Assembly (NCBI GenBank): GCA_965287045.1
Contig: OZ336877.1
Coordinates: 34,472,001 to 34,536,000, forward strand
Direction: 5' to 3'
DNA length: 64,000 nt
Source: Carcharhinus amblyrhynchos
Taxonomy: Eukaryota
This document shows, in pieces, positions 61,743-64,000 of this stretch; position 1 is the first letter of the stretch, and every line of letters begins with the position of its first letter. The position numbers and the translations under genes were made by a program. The notes beneath the pieces were generated by a model. It had not been told where the DNA came from and did not search any database. It saw only the letters and a program-made list of their open reading frames with translations.

Positions 61743-62250
61743 GTTAAAAAAATTATGCTTTGCTAATGCACTAAAAAGGCAAGGAAATTCCTCCTTTGAA
61801 GCATCTTAATCATTTAAGCAGTTAAAGAATAAGATGAACCCTTTATTCACCATCTCCTGCCACTCATCAGGCCAATAATTTTCCTTCCATTCTAGGAGGT
61901 TGAAAGTTATTTAACAATTAGCTGGGGCTTAATCAAAGACCTTCTGGAACATCACATAAATAATAGCCAGAGACATGCTCCTGTCCATTCATTTGGCCAC
62001 CACTTCAATAAATTCAGTCACGTTTGTTTACAAATCCAATACTGGTTTTCTTTAAAAGTTGAAATTGCCGCAGGGGATCGATGGGTGTCCCATTAAAATA
62101 TATCTTTTTATTCTATTATGGGATGAAAGCACCCCTGACCTGGCCAGCATTTGTAACTCATTACAGTTGATTAATGTCTTTCTGGAGTTGTATCACTGAA
62201 TCTTGTGTTATTTTCTTACCTGTTTGTGTTATTTTCTGATGTCGGTTCAG

Positions 62251-62304
62251 GGGGAAGTTGGTGGATCAGGATTACCCGGTCTCCCAGGACGTCCAGGCTC
62301 AGCT
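62251..62304 (+). CDS. COL21A1: Collagen exon (54 nt), GEVGGSGLPGLPGRPGSA
   Basis: ttttctgatgtcggttcag| acceptor, |gtgagt donor, six Gly-X-Y triplets. Confidence 0.9.
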
Positions 62305-63123
62305 GTGAGTGGCATCCACATTTCAGTTGCAATGAAAATGTATTTCATAGAAAATTTGGTATATTTATAATTCTTTAAACTGTTGCTCCCTTTTAAGCTT
62401 AATAATGATGTCACTAACCTAGTCTGGAGCGGTGGGTGAAATCGTACCAAACAATGGCAGAATGTTGGTTCCGGCGAGAGAAACGGCATGTTTCTCCCCA
62501 GAGAAACCAGTCAGTTTTCTCTCCATATCTTACCACACCTATGTTAAAACAAAATCAGCCCTGGGCGTGTTTCATGCCATCATGTAGGGGGTCAGGGCCT
62601 CCACGTGCCGGCTGCACCCAGACCAGGGCACCATGTTTAATGGACAACTCAATCGGACCAAACGATGACCTCCCTTTCAGTCTGCCATGGAGGTCGTGGG
62701 GATTCAGCCCACAGGCATGACCCCAACTTTCCTGGGGCGTGCAATTTTAACTCCGCACTTGCTTTCACACCCACATATCCGTCCTTGGCCATTTTCTAAC
62801 GTGATATCATCAGAGCTGATGCCACATATTGGGTAAATATTCAGCCCTTTAAGATTGTTTCTGTCTTTCTCAGGAATTCTGGTGATGTAAAGGCCTCCGT
62901 TGCCATTGCTGCTGTGGGAGGAAACTGGAGCACCTGGAGGAAACTCCACTCACACATGGGGAGAATATTGCCATTGCTGCTCACTGCAACTCTTACCAGC
63001 AAACCGGGGCCTATCTGTTGCTATGGAGCTTGTGGGTGCTTAAAGATGTCGTTGATGCATTCAGTGGTCCAGCATGTTTTGACATTCATTTGCTCCTTTA
63101 TTGATTCTGGCCATGTGCACAAG

Positions 63124-63437
63124 AGCAGCACGGTGGCACAGTGGTTAGCACTGCTGCGTCACAGCTCCAGGAACCTGGGTTCGATTCCAGCCTTGAGTCA
63201 CTGTCTGTGTGGAGTTTACACATTCTCCCCATGTTTGTGTGGAGTTTCCTCCGGGTGCTCCAGTTTCTTCCAACAGGCCAGAGATGTACAGGTTAGGTTG
63301 ACTGGCCATGCTAAATATTCCTAGTGTCAAGGAGAATATGTGGGTTGTGGGGATAGGGCCTGGGAAGCATTGTTGTCAGTGCAGACTCGATGGGCTGAAT
63401 GGCCTCCTTCTGCACTATAGGGATTCTATGATTCTGT
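63124..63437 (+). mobile_element. HE1-type V-SINE (tail A)
   Basis: Matches the SINE consensus. Confidence 0.85.
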
Positions 63438-63574
63438 GAAAGGGGAAGGTTTTGTAGAGGGCATAATGTCAAACAAATGCAGATTTCTGAAATTAGGGAG
63501 GCAATTTTTCCCTTCTGTCTCACTGAAGTAGATTTTCAACTTCCTTCTCTGCACCCCAGATATTAAACTGCAGA

Positions 63575-64000
63575 TTTATTTATTCTGTCATGGGATATGA
63601 GCATTGCTGGCTAGGCCAGTCTTTTGTTACCCATCCCTAAGTGCCCTTATAAGGTGGTAGTGAGCTGTCTTCTTGAACCGCTGCTGTCCATGTGGTGTAG
63701 GTAAACCCATACTGTTGTTGGGGAGGGTGTTCAAGGAATTTGACCCAGTGACAGTGAAGGAGCAGCAAAATAGTTCCAAATCAGGATGGTGTATGGCTTG
63801 CAGGGGAACTTGTTCTTGCATTTCTATGTACCCCTCTTCACATAAGTGATAGAGGTTGCTGCAGCCTGTCTTGTATACCATACAGACAGCTACCACTGTG
63901 AACCAGTAATGGAGGCAGTGAATACTAAAATTGATGGTACCAGGGTGGCAATCCATTGGGCTGCTTTGTCCAAGATGGCGTTGAGCTTCTTAGGTGTTGT
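63575..64000 (-). mobile_element. LINE 3' fragment (partner of family T), runs off the window
   Basis: Minus ORF ..TVVAVCMVYK..SFTVTGSNSLNTLPN..QQRFKKTAHYHL, then gggcacttagggatgggtaa..gactggcctagccagcaatgctcatatcccatga. Confidence 0.75.

Noticed and set aside
1577-63523. Many 60-130 aa ORFs sharing WLALLPHS / GFPPGAPVSSHS / HPEETHAD
   Set aside because: These are translations of the non-coding V-SINE in different frames and strands.
1-64000. Prokaryotic or viral system (operon, defence island, endogenous virus)
   Set aside because: There are no long intact ORFs or gene-dense segments; the sequence is explained by spliceosomal introns and vertebrate repeats.

Overview
Eukaryotic, repeat-dense vertebrate DNA. 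The repeat content (HE1-type V-SINEs, HER1/CR1, Rex1/Babar, L2, Deu-domain SINE and Penelope fragments) points to a shark or other elasmobranch, by inference. The whole window lies inside one + strand collagen gene. Seven small phase-0 Gly-X-Y exons (54,54,54,45,54,54,54 nt, all AG...GT) are spread over about 59 kb, and none is correctly captured by the ORF track. Their joined 123-aa peptide best matches my recollection of the triple-helical region of the FACIT collagen COL21A1 (ortholog or paralog). The introns are mostly fragmented retroelements. The most notable non-standard signals are: (1) minimal type-I hammerhead ribozyme motifs in Penelope-like inverted repeats, one apparently intact; (2) a tRNA-headed element whose 5' part runs straight into a LINE endonuclease ORF, suggesting the local short copies are internally deleted derivatives of a tRNA-headed LINE; (3) two alternative 3' tails on one SINE body, with a strand bias for the AATAAA-bearing tail; (4) several short local duplications in the 25-kb intron; (5) a 22-bp minisatellite and splice-site oddities. 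Repeat boundaries are read by eye and approximate. Family names come from recalled consensus motifs, not database searches.
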